Assembly (NCBI GenBank): GCA_965200315.1
Contig: OZ241362.1
Location: 1,568,001-1,632,000, forward strand
Reading direction: 5' to 3'
DNA length: 64,000 nucleotides
DNA from: Candidatus Latescibacterota bacterium
Lineage (GTDB): Bacteria > Latescibacterota > UBA2968 > UBA8231
Part shown: one piece after another, positions 50,231 to 58,803 of the stretch
How the letters are laid out: each line of letters opens with the position of its first letter
Position numbering within the stretch: the stretch's first letter is position 1
Position numbers and translations under genes: made by a program
The notes under the pieces: model-generated
Databases searched by the model: none
Seen by the model: only the letters and a program-made list of their open reading frames with translations
What the model was told of the DNA's origin: nothing

Positions 50231-51592
50231 GTGGACTTTCGACTCAATGACGCCGAGATGCTCGCTTTTATCGTGCGAGGGTATCATATCTTCCATCCGG
50301 CTATCGACGCGGATATACACCAAGCAGTTTGCGCACAGACTCGCGCCGCCTTTGTCGAGGGCAAAAATCCCGGTAACGCCATCTACGAACGAGTCCCGGC
50401 ACTGGAGCAGGTATTGTCGCATCCGCAGGTGGTGGGGGCGCTGACGAGCATCTTGGGTGCGGATTATCAGATGCTCTGCCACCGCCATGCCCACCTGACC
50501 AAACCCGGCCAAGCAGCCGGCGGGTTTCACCAAGACGGGACGCCGCGGACCTTGCGGGGCTGGACTCGCCCCTGGCGCTATGGACACCGGCCGCGCAAGG
50601 TGCTGCTGGTGTACTTCCCCCATGCGGTGCCCAAAGAGTTGGGACCAACGACCTTGGTCCCTGGCTCTCAGTACTATCGGCAACGGCCCGAAGCAATGGA
50701 GGCTTTGGAATGCGGAGTCGAGGGCGAGGCCGGGGTAATGGCCATCTGCCACTTCTCGTCTTGGCATCGGGCCGGAGCTAATACGAGCGATACCGAGCGG
50801 ATCATGCTCAAATTTGTCTTCGACCGCCGGAGCGAACCGCACGAACCAAGCTGGAAGGCCGTAGCCTCCTACCATCCCGACTTTGCCGCAACCGTGCGCC
50901 AATGGTCGGCACTGCCCGACGGGCGCTTGTTGTGCCTGCCCAAGGCTTGGCAGACCATTTGGAATTGGCTTGGCGGCCGCGGGGCCGAACGGCTCGGCGG
51001 CTCGGAGGCGCTGGCACCGCTATTCAAAGGTTTGGCCTCTGAACAGGAGCACGAGGCCCTAGAGGCGGCCTATGGTCTGGGCGGACAAGTAGATACTGAC
51101 CAAGCACGGGCTTTAGTCGCCCGGATGCGCCACGGAGACGAGCAAGAGCGCGAGATGGCCGCGGTGGCGCTGAGTGCGGCAGGCCGCGTCGCCGTGGATG
51201 CGCTGCGCGAGGCGCTGGCAGCTCCCGATCCGTGGCTGCGAGCGATGGCCGCGGACATCGCGGGTGATCTGGGACGCGAAAGCCTAGCGCTAGTGCCCGA
51301 TATCGAGCGCGTCCTAGACGACGAAGATGTCTGGGTGCGGCACAATGCGCTACAGGCGCTAGCGCTATGGGGCCGGGAGGCGCACGGTGCGGAGGAGCGA
51401 GTAGTAGAGGCACTGACCGATGCCGAGCTTTTTGTCCGCTTCAACGCCCTCGGCGCACTGATGAGCATGCGTCCTTTGGATGCGCGGTGTGCTGAGTGGT
51501 TTAAGCACGTCGCCGCCACCGATGAAGCGCATCCCCAATGGCGGGCACAAGATGCGTTGGCGCGGTGGGACAACGCTGCGCTGCGCTATTAG
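50231..51592 (+). CDS. PhyH-like Fe(II)/2OG dioxygenase fused to HEAT repeats
   Basis: FHQDG (HxD), GPTTLVPGS, WHRA; C-terminal DPWLR/DEDVWVR/DAELFVR repeats. Confidence 0.78.
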   Translation: MDFRLNDAEMLAFIVRGYHIFHPAIDADIHQAVCAQTRAAFVEGKNPGNAIYERVPALEQVLSHPQVVGALTSILGADYQMLCHRHAHLTKPGQAAGGFHQDGTPRTLRGWTRPWRYGHRPRKVLLVYFPHAVPKELGPTTLVPGSQYYRQRPEAMEALECGVEGEAGVMAICHFSSWHRAGANTSDTERIMLKFVFDRRSEPHEPSWKAVASYHPDFAATVRQWSALPDGRLLCLPKAWQTIWNWLGGRGAERLGGSEALAPLFKGLASEQEHEALEAAYGLGGQVDTDQARALVARMRHGDEQEREMAAVALSAAGRVAVDALREALAAPDPWLRAMAADIAGDLGRESLALVPDIERVLDDEDVWVRHNALQALALWGREAHGAEERVVEALTDAELFVRFNALGALMSMRPLDARCAEWFKHVAATDEAHPQWRAQDALARWDNAALRY

Positions 51593-51612
51593 CTGCGCCG
51601 AAAGGAAAAATC

Positions 51613-53028
51613 ATGCACGAGCTCAACCTATTAAGAGCCGGGGCGTCGATGATCGACATCACCCCGCCCGCAGGTACGCATTTAGCAGGCAGCGGGGCTG
51701 GCGAGCACCGCCCGGCCCAAGCCGTGATGGATCCGCTCTTTGCCAAGGCTATCGTCTTTGAGGCCGGCGAGCAGCGCGTCTGCATGGTGATCTTGGATCT
51801 CACCATTGTCACCAGCGACTACACGGACCAAATCCGCGCCGCCATCAGCGAGCAAACGGACATCGCATCCGAGGCGATCATGGTCCAAGCGACCCAAACG
51901 CACTCCGCCCCGAGCCTCGGTTACTTCATGCTGGACCCAGATTTCCCATTGGAGACCACCGCCGAGACCGAGTATCTGCGCGGAGCCGAGCGCACCTACG
52001 GCGACCGGGTCGCTACTGCCGCAGCCGAAGCGGCAGTCGAAGCGGCGGACAAGCTGCAACCTGCACGCATCGGTTTGGGGCGCGGCGTGTTGGGGGATTT
52101 GGCCTTCAATCGCCGCGGCATACGCCGGGACGGCACCATCGCCATGCCCAAGCCACTAGGTCGGGAGCAGCAGCCGTTTGGGATCGCGGATGTCTGCTAC
52201 CTCGAAGGGCCGATGGACCCGGAAGTCGGCGTGTGCTGCGTCCAAGATATGAATATGAAGCCGCTGGCCTTTCTCCTGCACTACACCTGCCATCCGGTCA
52301 ATGCGTTTGGATATCCCGAGACCTACCGGGCCGTGTCGGCGGATTGGCCTGGCGCTTGGACGCGACAGATGCAGCAGCTATTCGGCTCTGACGCCGTGCC
52401 ATTGGTCGTCAACGGCTGTTGCGGCAACATCAACCCCTGGCATCCCTTTGACCCAGATTGCCGGCCGGATCACCAGAGAATGGGGCGCGAATTGGCCCAG
52501 ATGAGCGAACGAATCGTGCACAATATGGCATTTGCCAACGACGCGGCATTGGATTGTAGAGTCAAAAAGATCGGCCTGCCCTTGCGCGATATTCCGGCCA
52601 AGCGGTTGCGCGAGGTCAACGCGATTCTCGCTGAGAATCCGCAACCGCCGCGCAGAGCAAACGGCGAAGTGGATCCTCACTGGTTCCGGGCCGCATCGAC
52701 CCACAGCGTCGAACTATGCCGACAGCGAGACGGCGAGTTCCCCTATGAGATTCAGGCTTTCCGCATCGGCGACCTCGGCGTAATTGGCCTACCTGGGGAA
52801 CCTTTTGTCGAAGGACAACTCGCGCTCAAAACGAACTCAGCGGCCCCTTTTCTCTTTCCAGCGCACCTCACCACTCACTATGTCGGCTACCTGCCGACGC
52901 GAGCAGCCTATGCCCGAGGCGGACACGAGGCCAACGAAGACGTTACCTACTGGGCCAAGCTTGCCCCCGGCAGCCTCGAAACGGTCGTCGAACAGGCCCG
53001 GACGCTGGTAGAAGAATTATTCGCATGA
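51613..53028 (+). CDS. Neutral/alkaline ceramidase-like hydrolase
   Basis: IDITPP, DPLFAKA, ATQTHSAP, YTCHP, SADWPG, GCCGNINP, LPGEPF, GYLPT. Confidence 0.75.
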   Translation: MHELNLLRAGASMIDITPPAGTHLAGSGAGEHRPAQAVMDPLFAKAIVFEAGEQRVCMVILDLTIVTSDYTDQIRAAISEQTDIASEAIMVQATQTHSAPSLGYFMLDPDFPLETTAETEYLRGAERTYGDRVATAAAEAAVEAADKLQPARIGLGRGVLGDLAFNRRGIRRDGTIAMPKPLGREQQPFGIADVCYLEGPMDPEVGVCCVQDMNMKPLAFLLHYTCHPVNAFGYPETYRAVSADWPGAWTRQMQQLFGSDAVPLVVNGCCGNINPWHPFDPDCRPDHQRMGRELAQMSERIVHNMAFANDAALDCRVKKIGLPLRDIPAKRLREVNAILAENPQPPRRANGEVDPHWFRAASTHSVELCRQRDGEFPYEIQAFRIGDLGVIGLPGEPFVEGQLALKTNSAAPFLFPAHLTTHYVGYLPTRAAYARGGHEANEDVTYWAKLAPGSLETVVEQARTLVEELFA

Positions 53029-55082
53029 ACCATTTATCAAACGCATCCCTCGTCGCCGCAATAACCCTATTCATTGGTGCGGTCCCCTCCTTGGCTGAAG
53101 AAGGAATGCAGCCGCGAGTCGCGATCATCACTGGCGAATTTCGGGAGCCCCGCTCGCGGGAAATCGGAATCCAATACGACTCTGCTCTGTCCCCGGCGCA
53201 GACTACGTCCCGCATCGTCCTAGACGAGCAGAACCGCTTCTCCCTCTCAGTGCCCACTGCTTGGGGGACCCTCGTCATCGGACGGTACGAAAGCGGGTTC
53301 CCTAGCTTGTGGCAGCTACTGAAATTCATGGTCTTTGACAAGCGAGATCTGTTCACCTTCTATGTCGAACCCGGCGACAGTTTGCACATCGTCGTGAAGG
53401 AGGGCTTTTTCGGGCCTTCCTATTCGTTTAGCGGCTCAGGAGCCGACAATAACCGCTTCGTGGTCGAATGGATGTCCGAATTCGGTCCCTTCAGTCTAGA
53501 CTACAAGGCGCTAGAAATCGCGGATTTCAAGCGCCAAATAGATCAGCGGCGGCAAGACCAGTTCGAGTTTCTGGGCGAGGGACGCGAGGAATACGCACTC
53601 ACCCCGGGATTTGTCGATTATGCTACGGCATTCATCAATTACGAATGGGCCCAACGCATGGTTTCCTACCCGAGGCGTTACTATCGCGCCAATGGACGCA
53701 AGAACAAAGCTATTGTGCCGGCCTACTACGACTTCCTGCTAGATGTTCCTCTAGCGGACGAAAAGGCCATAGGCACGCCAGATTATGACACATTTGTGGG
53801 GCTTGCGCTCGACTGGTTTGCAAAGATGGAAAAGGAAGATAGAGAGGAACGCAAATTTCCTGCCATGTCTAAGCGGCTGAAACTGTCACAGTACGGCTTG
53901 TCGGATTCGGCCCAAGCTCGATTTGATTCAATCTACCAAAAGAACAACGCTCCTATCCTAGGCCTGTCACAGCGAATCGATTTGTCTCGGTACGGTCTGT
54001 CGGATTCGCTCCAAGCGCAGCTCGATTCAAGTTACGAAAAGGCCGAAAAACCAAAACTGTCCGAACAATTCGACTTGGCGCGGCTGGGCGCGTCGCAAGC
54101 AAAGCAAGCCCGCCTCGACTCGCTGTATGCACAGACCAGATCCTTTAGGGAAAGTACCTATCCAAGTGAAGACGCGCCGAGAGTCGATACTACGGACGGA
54201 AAGGTGGTCTTTCACCTCGCCAAAAAAGGACAGTGGCAAGATTTCGCCAAGACGCGCAAGCTATCCGAGAAAATCGATATGTCGGGATTGGGTCTGTCGG
54301 ATTCGCTCCAAGCGCAGCTCGATTCAAGTTACGCAAACCACAAATCTCGTAAGCTGTCGGACATCATCGATCTAGCGCAGTTCGATTTGTCGGCAACAGC
54401 TCAAGCCCGCCTCGACTCGCTGTTCGCCGAACCACTAGGCTGGACGACCTATGATTTTGCGCAGCGATATGACCAAGCGAAAAAATCCATGGAGGGGCGG
54501 GTGCTATACTGGTATCTGGCTGGGCAGGTAATCAAGGGATTTGAGGGTGGTAGCGAGCAATTTGAGCGAGCCCGCGAAAAGTGGGAGGATTTCAAGAAAA
54601 TCAACCCGTACCCAGAATACACCGCGGAGATCGCAGCGGCGTTGCACAAGGCCCTTCGTCTGCGCCCTCGGCAACCTGCCCCCGATTTTACCCTCTCCGA
54701 CCTCGACGGCCAACCAGTATCCCTGAGTCAGTTCAAAGAGAAGGCGGTATTCTTGGATTTCTGGGCAAGTTGGTGCGGACCGTGTATCAGTAACTTGGCT
54801 TTTCTCCGGCAGATCAAAGCGCAAATGGCTGACCAGCAGGTCGTGTTCCTCAATATCTCGTTGGACGAAAGCGATTCCGCTTGGCGCAAGGCCATCGCCG
54901 AACACGGGATCAAAGGCGTCCACGTGCGGGCGCACGGATGGGGATCCGAAGTGGCGAAAAGCTATAACGTGACGAGGCTGCCCGAGTACTATATAGTGGA
55001 CGCGCAGGGATTGATTGCGGAGCATCCATCTACAGTACGCGATACAGACGAGATTATAGCAACGATCGAAAAGAGCTTGTGA
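53025..55082 (+). CDS. Exported TlpA-like thiol-disulfide oxidoreductase with long N-terminal region and internal repeats
   Basis: Signal peptide; APDFTL, LDFWASWCGPC. Confidence 0.82.
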   Translation: MNHLSNASLVAAITLFIGAVPSLAEEGMQPRVAIITGEFREPRSREIGIQYDSALSPAQTTSRIVLDEQNRFSLSVPTAWGTLVIGRYESGFPSLWQLLKFMVFDKRDLFTFYVEPGDSLHIVVKEGFFGPSYSFSGSGADNNRFVVEWMSEFGPFSLDYKALEIADFKRQIDQRRQDQFEFLGEGREEYALTPGFVDYATAFINYEWAQRMVSYPRRYYRANGRKNKAIVPAYYDFLLDVPLADEKAIGTPDYDTFVGLALDWFAKMEKEDREERKFPAMSKRLKLSQYGLSDSAQARFDSIYQKNNAPILGLSQRIDLSRYGLSDSLQAQLDSSYEKAEKPKLSEQFDLARLGASQAKQARLDSLYAQTRSFRESTYPSEDAPRVDTTDGKVVFHLAKKGQWQDFAKTRKLSEKIDMSGLGLSDSLQAQLDSSYANHKSRKLSDIIDLAQFDLSATAQARLDSLFAEPLGWTTYDFAQRYDQAKKSMEGRVLYWYLAGQVIKGFEGGSEQFERAREKWEDFKKINPYPEYTAEIAAALHKALRLRPRQPAPDFTLSDLDGQPVSLSQFKEKAVFLDFWASWCGPCISNLAFLRQIKAQMADQQVVFLNISLDESDSAWRKAIAEHGIKGVHVRAHGWGSEVAKSYNVTRLPEYYIVDAQGLIAEHPSTVRDTDEIIATIEKSL
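53865..54425 (+). repeat. Five copies of a ~24-aa coding repeat, including a 297-bp-period duplication
   Basis: Consensus LSxxIDLSxxGLSDSxQAxLDSxY; identical 43-mers at 53994-54036 and 54291-54333. Confidence 0.85.
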
Positions 55083-55138
55083 AGGAGAAAGACAGGCGTT
55101 TACGTGCGGGTAGATGGGAACCAAGTTTCTAAACAGCG

Positions 55139-55810
55139 CTAGTCGCTAAACGCCTTGAACGCTAGCCCGGCAATCGCTAAGATCGTCGTTATCTGGAGCG
55201 GCACAACCCAGCGGTATAATCGGTCAATTTTGGTCTCCAGCGACTCCCGAGTAGCGTCGATTTTACCGTCCAGTGCCGCATGGGTGGCGTCGATTTTGGT
55301 CTCCAGCGACTCCCGAGTGGTGTCAATTTTGCCGTCCAATGCCGCATGGGTGGCGTCAATTTTACCGTCCAGTGCCACGCGATTAGCGTCAATTTTGGTC
55401 TCCAGCGACTCCCGAGTAGCGTCAATTTTGCCGTCCAGTGCCGCATGGGTGGCGTCAATTTTACCGTCCAGTGCCACGCGATTAGCGTCAATTTTGGTCT
55501 CCAGCGACTCCCGAGTAGCGTCGATTTTGCCGTCCAGTGCCGCATGGGTGGCGTCGATTTTGGTCTCCAGCGACTCCCGAGTAGCGTCAATTTTGCCATC
55601 GAGCCCCTCACGGGTGGCGTCGATTTTGCCGTCCAGTGCCACGCGATTAGCGTTAATTTCGCCATCGAGCCCCTCCCGCGTCGCGTCGATTTTGGTTTCG
55701 ATGCGCCCTAGCCGCACGTCGATTTGCTCGACAATGCCCTCCAGCCGGGCGATGCGCCCCTCGTGGTCTAATGGATACGGACGCTCTGGCGGCGGATGGT
55801 GCTCACTCAC
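55139..55810 (-). CDS. KID-repeat coiled-coil protein with C-terminal TM anchor (Bdr/DUF1640-like)
   Basis: GGAGG RBS, GTG start, 14 x 11-aa repeats, hydrophobic tail. Confidence 0.82.
   Translation of the reverse strand: MSEHHPPPERPYPLDHEGRIARLEGIVEQIDVRLGRIETKIDATREGLDGEINANRVALDGKIDATREGLDGKIDATRESLETKIDATHAALDGKIDATRESLETKIDANRVALDGKIDATHAALDGKIDATRESLETKIDANRVALDGKIDATHAALDGKIDTTRESLETKIDATHAALDGKIDATRESLETKIDRLYRWVVPLQITTILAIAGLAFKAFSD
55232..55693 (-). repeat. 33-bp coding tandem repeat x14
   Basis: Units KIDATREGLDG, KIDANRVALDG, KIDATRESLET, KIDATHAALDG. Confidence 0.95.
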
Positions 55811-55867
55811 GATCCGACCTCCTCGGTGTTAAAGCGTGAACAGCGCGAAACCCCCTGCACCGGATAT

Positions 55868-55883
55868 TGCAAGATCCATGCCA
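55868..55883 (-). promoter_or_regulatory. Sigma54 (-24/-12) promoter
   Basis: Minus strand TGGCATGGATCTTGCA matches TGGCAC-N5-TTGCW with one mismatch; 57 bp upstream of the KID gene. Confidence 0.7.
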
Positions 55884-56059
55884 CGGCGACCGTGCAGTGG
55901 GGAGGACGGGGCCGTGCGGGTCAGACTGTATCGGGCACAACCCATCCATGAGACCTTTAGGAAGCACCCTCTAAGGGTAGTGAGTCGGGTTGAAAATTTC
56001 AATCCCTTGGTAAAGCTGGGTATCCACGGGTGATCAACTATATGGATGCTCCCACCTCG

Positions 56060-57091
56060 TCAGCTACTAAACCCAATTTCGCGCTCCCCCCTGTCGGCCG
56101 CCTCCTGAATGCGAATGACGTTACGCGTCGAGTGCAGTACCGCAGCGGTGTCGAGGCCGTTGGTGGGCACTTCGCCGGCGATATCGTCGAGGAAGGAGCG
56201 CAGGTAGCCGCCCCGTTGAGCCGGGGGTAGCGGCTCGACATGCACGGTGGCGTCTTCCCTGCCGAGCACTTGAATATCCTTGGCCGTAGTCGCAGTCTCG
56301 ATTACTCCATCCCTTCCCCAAAACGCAGTTCGCCAGTAATAGGGCATCGTATAGCCCGCCCTATCGGGTGCGAAGTACGACACGTCGCCTAAGACCCCGC
56401 AGCCGTTGTCCATCTCCAGCATCATCTGCCCGGCATCCTGCATGTGAAGGTCTTGGGGAACAAAGGCCCGCCAGCAGCGGGCGGCGTTGATTTTCGCCCA
56501 CTGGCGGCCTGTGACCCAAGGCAAAGCGTCGATGGCGTGGATGCCAATATCGGTGATGGTGCCGCCGTGCTTGCCCTGTTCAAAATACCAGCCGGGCCGC
56601 TCGCCCAAGAGCAGCGGGTGTTGGCCACCAAAAGCGATGGCGTGAACTTCGCCAATGCGGCCGGCTTGGATCAGGTTGCGCGCGCCGATAAACGCAGCCG
56701 CATCGCGCATGGTCAACATGCAGCCGACTTTGAGGTTTTTCTCGTGCGCCAGCACCTCAATGCGGTCGAGATCGGCCATCCGAGTACACAGAGGTTTGTC
56801 GCTGATAACGTGTTTGCCGCGGGCGAGGGCTTCGATTAGCACGGGGCCGCGACCGGCGAAATAGGTGCCAGTCGCGACAATATCGCAGTCCACCTCGTCG
56901 AGCATCTGCTCGATCCGGTCGTGGGTGATTGCGGCAGTGCCCTTTGCGTGGATTTCGGCGCACGTCTCCGCGTGTTCCTCGCACGCAGCTACCACTTCGA
57001 GTGCGGGCGAGGCGCAGGCTAGTGAGTAGAGGTCGAAAATGTGACCGTGGCAGAAGCCGGCGAAGGCAATTTTGTGAGGGGCTTCACTCAT
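56060..57091 (-). CDS. Gfo/Idh/MocA family oxidoreductase
   Basis: IAFAGFCHGH, GKHVISDKPL, GGTITDIGIHAID. Confidence 0.88.
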   Translation of the reverse strand: MSEAPHKIAFAGFCHGHIFDLYSLACASPALEVVAACEEHAETCAEIHAKGTAAITHDRIEQMLDEVDCDIVATGTYFAGRGPVLIEALARGKHVISDKPLCTRMADLDRIEVLAHEKNLKVGCMLTMRDAAAFIGARNLIQAGRIGEVHAIAFGGQHPLLLGERPGWYFEQGKHGGTITDIGIHAIDALPWVTGRQWAKINAARCWRAFVPQDLHMQDAGQMMLEMDNGCGVLGDVSYFAPDRAGYTMPYYWRTAFWGRDGVIETATTAKDIQVLGREDATVHVEPLPPAQRGGYLRSFLDDIAGEVPTNGLDTAAVLHSTRNVIRIQEAADRGEREIGFSS

Positions 57092-57103
57092 CCCTACCTC
57101 TGA

Positions 57104-57236
57104 TCACGATTCCTCTTCCTCGTCGCCGTACGAGTGCCCGCCGAAAATGGCCCGCAGTTCGGCCGCGGAGGTGGCTTGGCGCATCTGGGCCATGCGCACG
57201 GCCTCGTGTTTTTGCAGAGCGCGGACGTTTTCCAGC
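57104..57236 (-). repeat. Direct repeat, copy 1: orphaned 3' end of the RraA-family gene
   Basis: 133 bp matching 57616-57748 with 4 mismatches, including the stop codon. Confidence 0.95.
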
Positions 57237-57246
57237 CACAGACCAG

Positions 57247-57534
57247 CTAGCCGAACAGTTTTAAGGCCCCGATTAGGCCCCACGTCGCCACGTGCAGGGC
57301 AATGACCCACCGCAAGAGCTCTTTGCGCGTGTCGCCAATGGCTTGGCGGTTGGCGTCAAGCTTCGTTTCAAGCTCTTTGCGCGTGTCGCCAATGGCTTGG
57401 CGGTTGGCGTCAAGCTTCGTTTCGACGCGACCTAGCCGGACATCGACTTGCTCAATAATACCTTCGAGTCGGGCGATGCGCCCTTCGTGATCTAACGGAT
57501 AGGGCCGCTCCGGCGGCAAAGAGGGCTCAGTCAT
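57247..57534 (-). CDS. Short paralog of the KID-repeat tail-anchored coiled-coil protein
   Basis: Shares PPERPYPLDHEGRIARLEGI with 55139-55810; 2 x 54-bp repeat ETKLDANRQAIGDTRKEL (57316-57423); AAGGAG RBS. Confidence 0.82.
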   Translation of the reverse strand: MTEPSLPPERPYPLDHEGRIARLEGIIEQVDVRLGRVETKLDANRQAIGDTRKELETKLDANRQAIGDTRKELLRWVIALHVATWGLIGALKLFG

Positions 57535-57615
57535 AATCGAAGCTCCTTTTAATACTTAGAGAATATAGGGACCGGTGGTTAGAATCATAGGGGTACTCAT
57601 ATCAAGCACCGTGTC

Positions 57616-57748
57616 TCACGATTCCTCTTCCTCGTCGCCGTACGAGTGCCCGCCGAAAATGGCCCGCAGTTCGGCCGCGGAGGTGGCTTGGCGCATCTGG
57701 GCCATGCGCTCGGCCTCGTGTTTTTGCAGGGCGCACACGTTTTCCAGC
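57616..57748 (-). repeat. Direct repeat, copy 2: current 3' end of the RraA-family gene
   Basis: Offset 512 bp from copy 1. Confidence 0.95.
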
Positions 57749-58344
57749 ACCGCGCTGAGCTTGTCGGCGGGGAATTTCACCGCGCCGTTTTCATCCATGT
57801 GGATGATCTCGCCGGGTGCCACGTCCATGCTGGCGACCGAGACCGGCACATTGACCGCGTGGATGGCTTGGGCACCGTGACCCGCGGTGACGCCGCTGAG
57901 CAAGTACTGGAACTTCATCGGGCGAATCTCGTCGATGTCGCGCGAGGGCCCGTTGGAAATCGCGCCGACGCAGCCAATGGCCTGCATGGCCGTGGTCATG
58001 TTGCCGCCGGCTAGGCCGACCTTGCCTTGGATTTCGGGCGGGAATTTCTGCTGGAAGACCAAGATCGTCGGCTTGGGCGAGGCGTCGAGGGCGTCGAGAA
58101 CGTCCATGAAGCTAACGCCATTGTAATTGGGGTCGGGCAGGCCGTAGGTGCAAGTGACCGCGTAGCCGACCGTGGGGCCGAGCTCGGGATACATACAGCG
58201 CAGCGACTGATCGGTGTACCAGTTTTCGCTCCAGGGATTGTATAGCCCCAAGCACAAGGGATCGCCCGGATAGGTGGCGACGACATTGGTAATGGAAGGC
58301 GTGTCGAAGTTTTTCAGCTCGTCGAGCATTTCTTGTTCAGTCAT
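57616..58344 (-). CDS. RraA/HMG-aldolase family protein
   Basis: DTPSITN, TVGYAVT, GGNMTTA..GCVGAISNGPSRDIDE, VAPGEIIHMDENGAV. Confidence 0.85.
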   Translation of the reverse strand: MTEQEMLDELKNFDTPSITNVVATYPGDPLCLGLYNPWSENWYTDQSLRCMYPELGPTVGYAVTCTYGLPDPNYNGVSFMDVLDALDASPKPTILVFQQKFPPEIQGKVGLAGGNMTTAMQAIGCVGAISNGPSRDIDEIRPMKFQYLLSGVTAGHGAQAIHAVNVPVSVASMDVAPGEIIHMDENGAVKFPADKLSAVLENVCALQKHEAERMAQMRQATSAAELRAIFGGHSYGDEEEES

Positions 58345-58777
58345 TAGAAGCTCCTGATTGGGTAATAGAAAAGATCAACCCGCGTCCATCGCGTTCCTCA
58401 TTTTGCACACGGTAAAATAGATGCGCAGAGATAATGAGCATCGCGAGTACGATCGCAAGTTTGCCGCCTAGTAAGTCCCCAACGAACAAGGCTGGCAAGG
58501 TCGCTATAATTCCGCTGATTAATGCCGCGCTGTACAGCAGGAAAACGTGCCACCACTTAAAATGCCAACGGCTCAGAGCACTTCCTCCTTGCGTCGTCGC
58601 TTTCTTCTTTAGTGCATGATAAAAGAGGATAGCAGATGCGAAGAGCATCGCGAGGCCGATCAAATAGGCACCTATTACGCCTATCTCACTCTCAGTAATG
58701 GCCGTCACAGCATTGATGATGATCAGCGCACCATACAGTGCGAAAAAATGCCACCGCTCAACGTTCCAATGGCTCAT
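58337..58777 (-). CDS. Hypothetical 4-TM membrane protein with internal two-fold repeat
   Basis: MSHWNVERWHFFALY versus LSRWHFKWWHVFLLY; AGGAG RBS; more AT-rich than the flanks. Confidence 0.62.
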   Translation of the reverse strand: MSHWNVERWHFFALYGALIIINAVTAITESEIGVIGAYLIGLAMLFASAILFYHALKKKATTQGGSALSRWHFKWWHVFLLYSAALISGIIATLPALFVGDLLGGKLAIVLAMLIISAHLFYRVQNEERDGRGLIFSITQSGASND

Positions 58778-58803
58778 GGCAATCGCTCCTATTTACAGTG
58801 GTT

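Noticed and set aside
55232-55693. 33-bp periodic array as a possible CRISPR
   Set aside because: No unique spacers, the period is a multiple of 3 within an ORF with RBS and TM tail, and there are no cas genes.
55155-55832. Long alternative-frame and antisense ORFs over the KID repeat
   Set aside because: They are by-products of a stop-free 33-bp repeat; only 55139-55810 has an RBS and a paralog.
57104-57310. 68-aa ORF as an independent gene
   Set aside because: Its C-terminal part is the duplicated RraA tail and its start lies inside the KID paralog.
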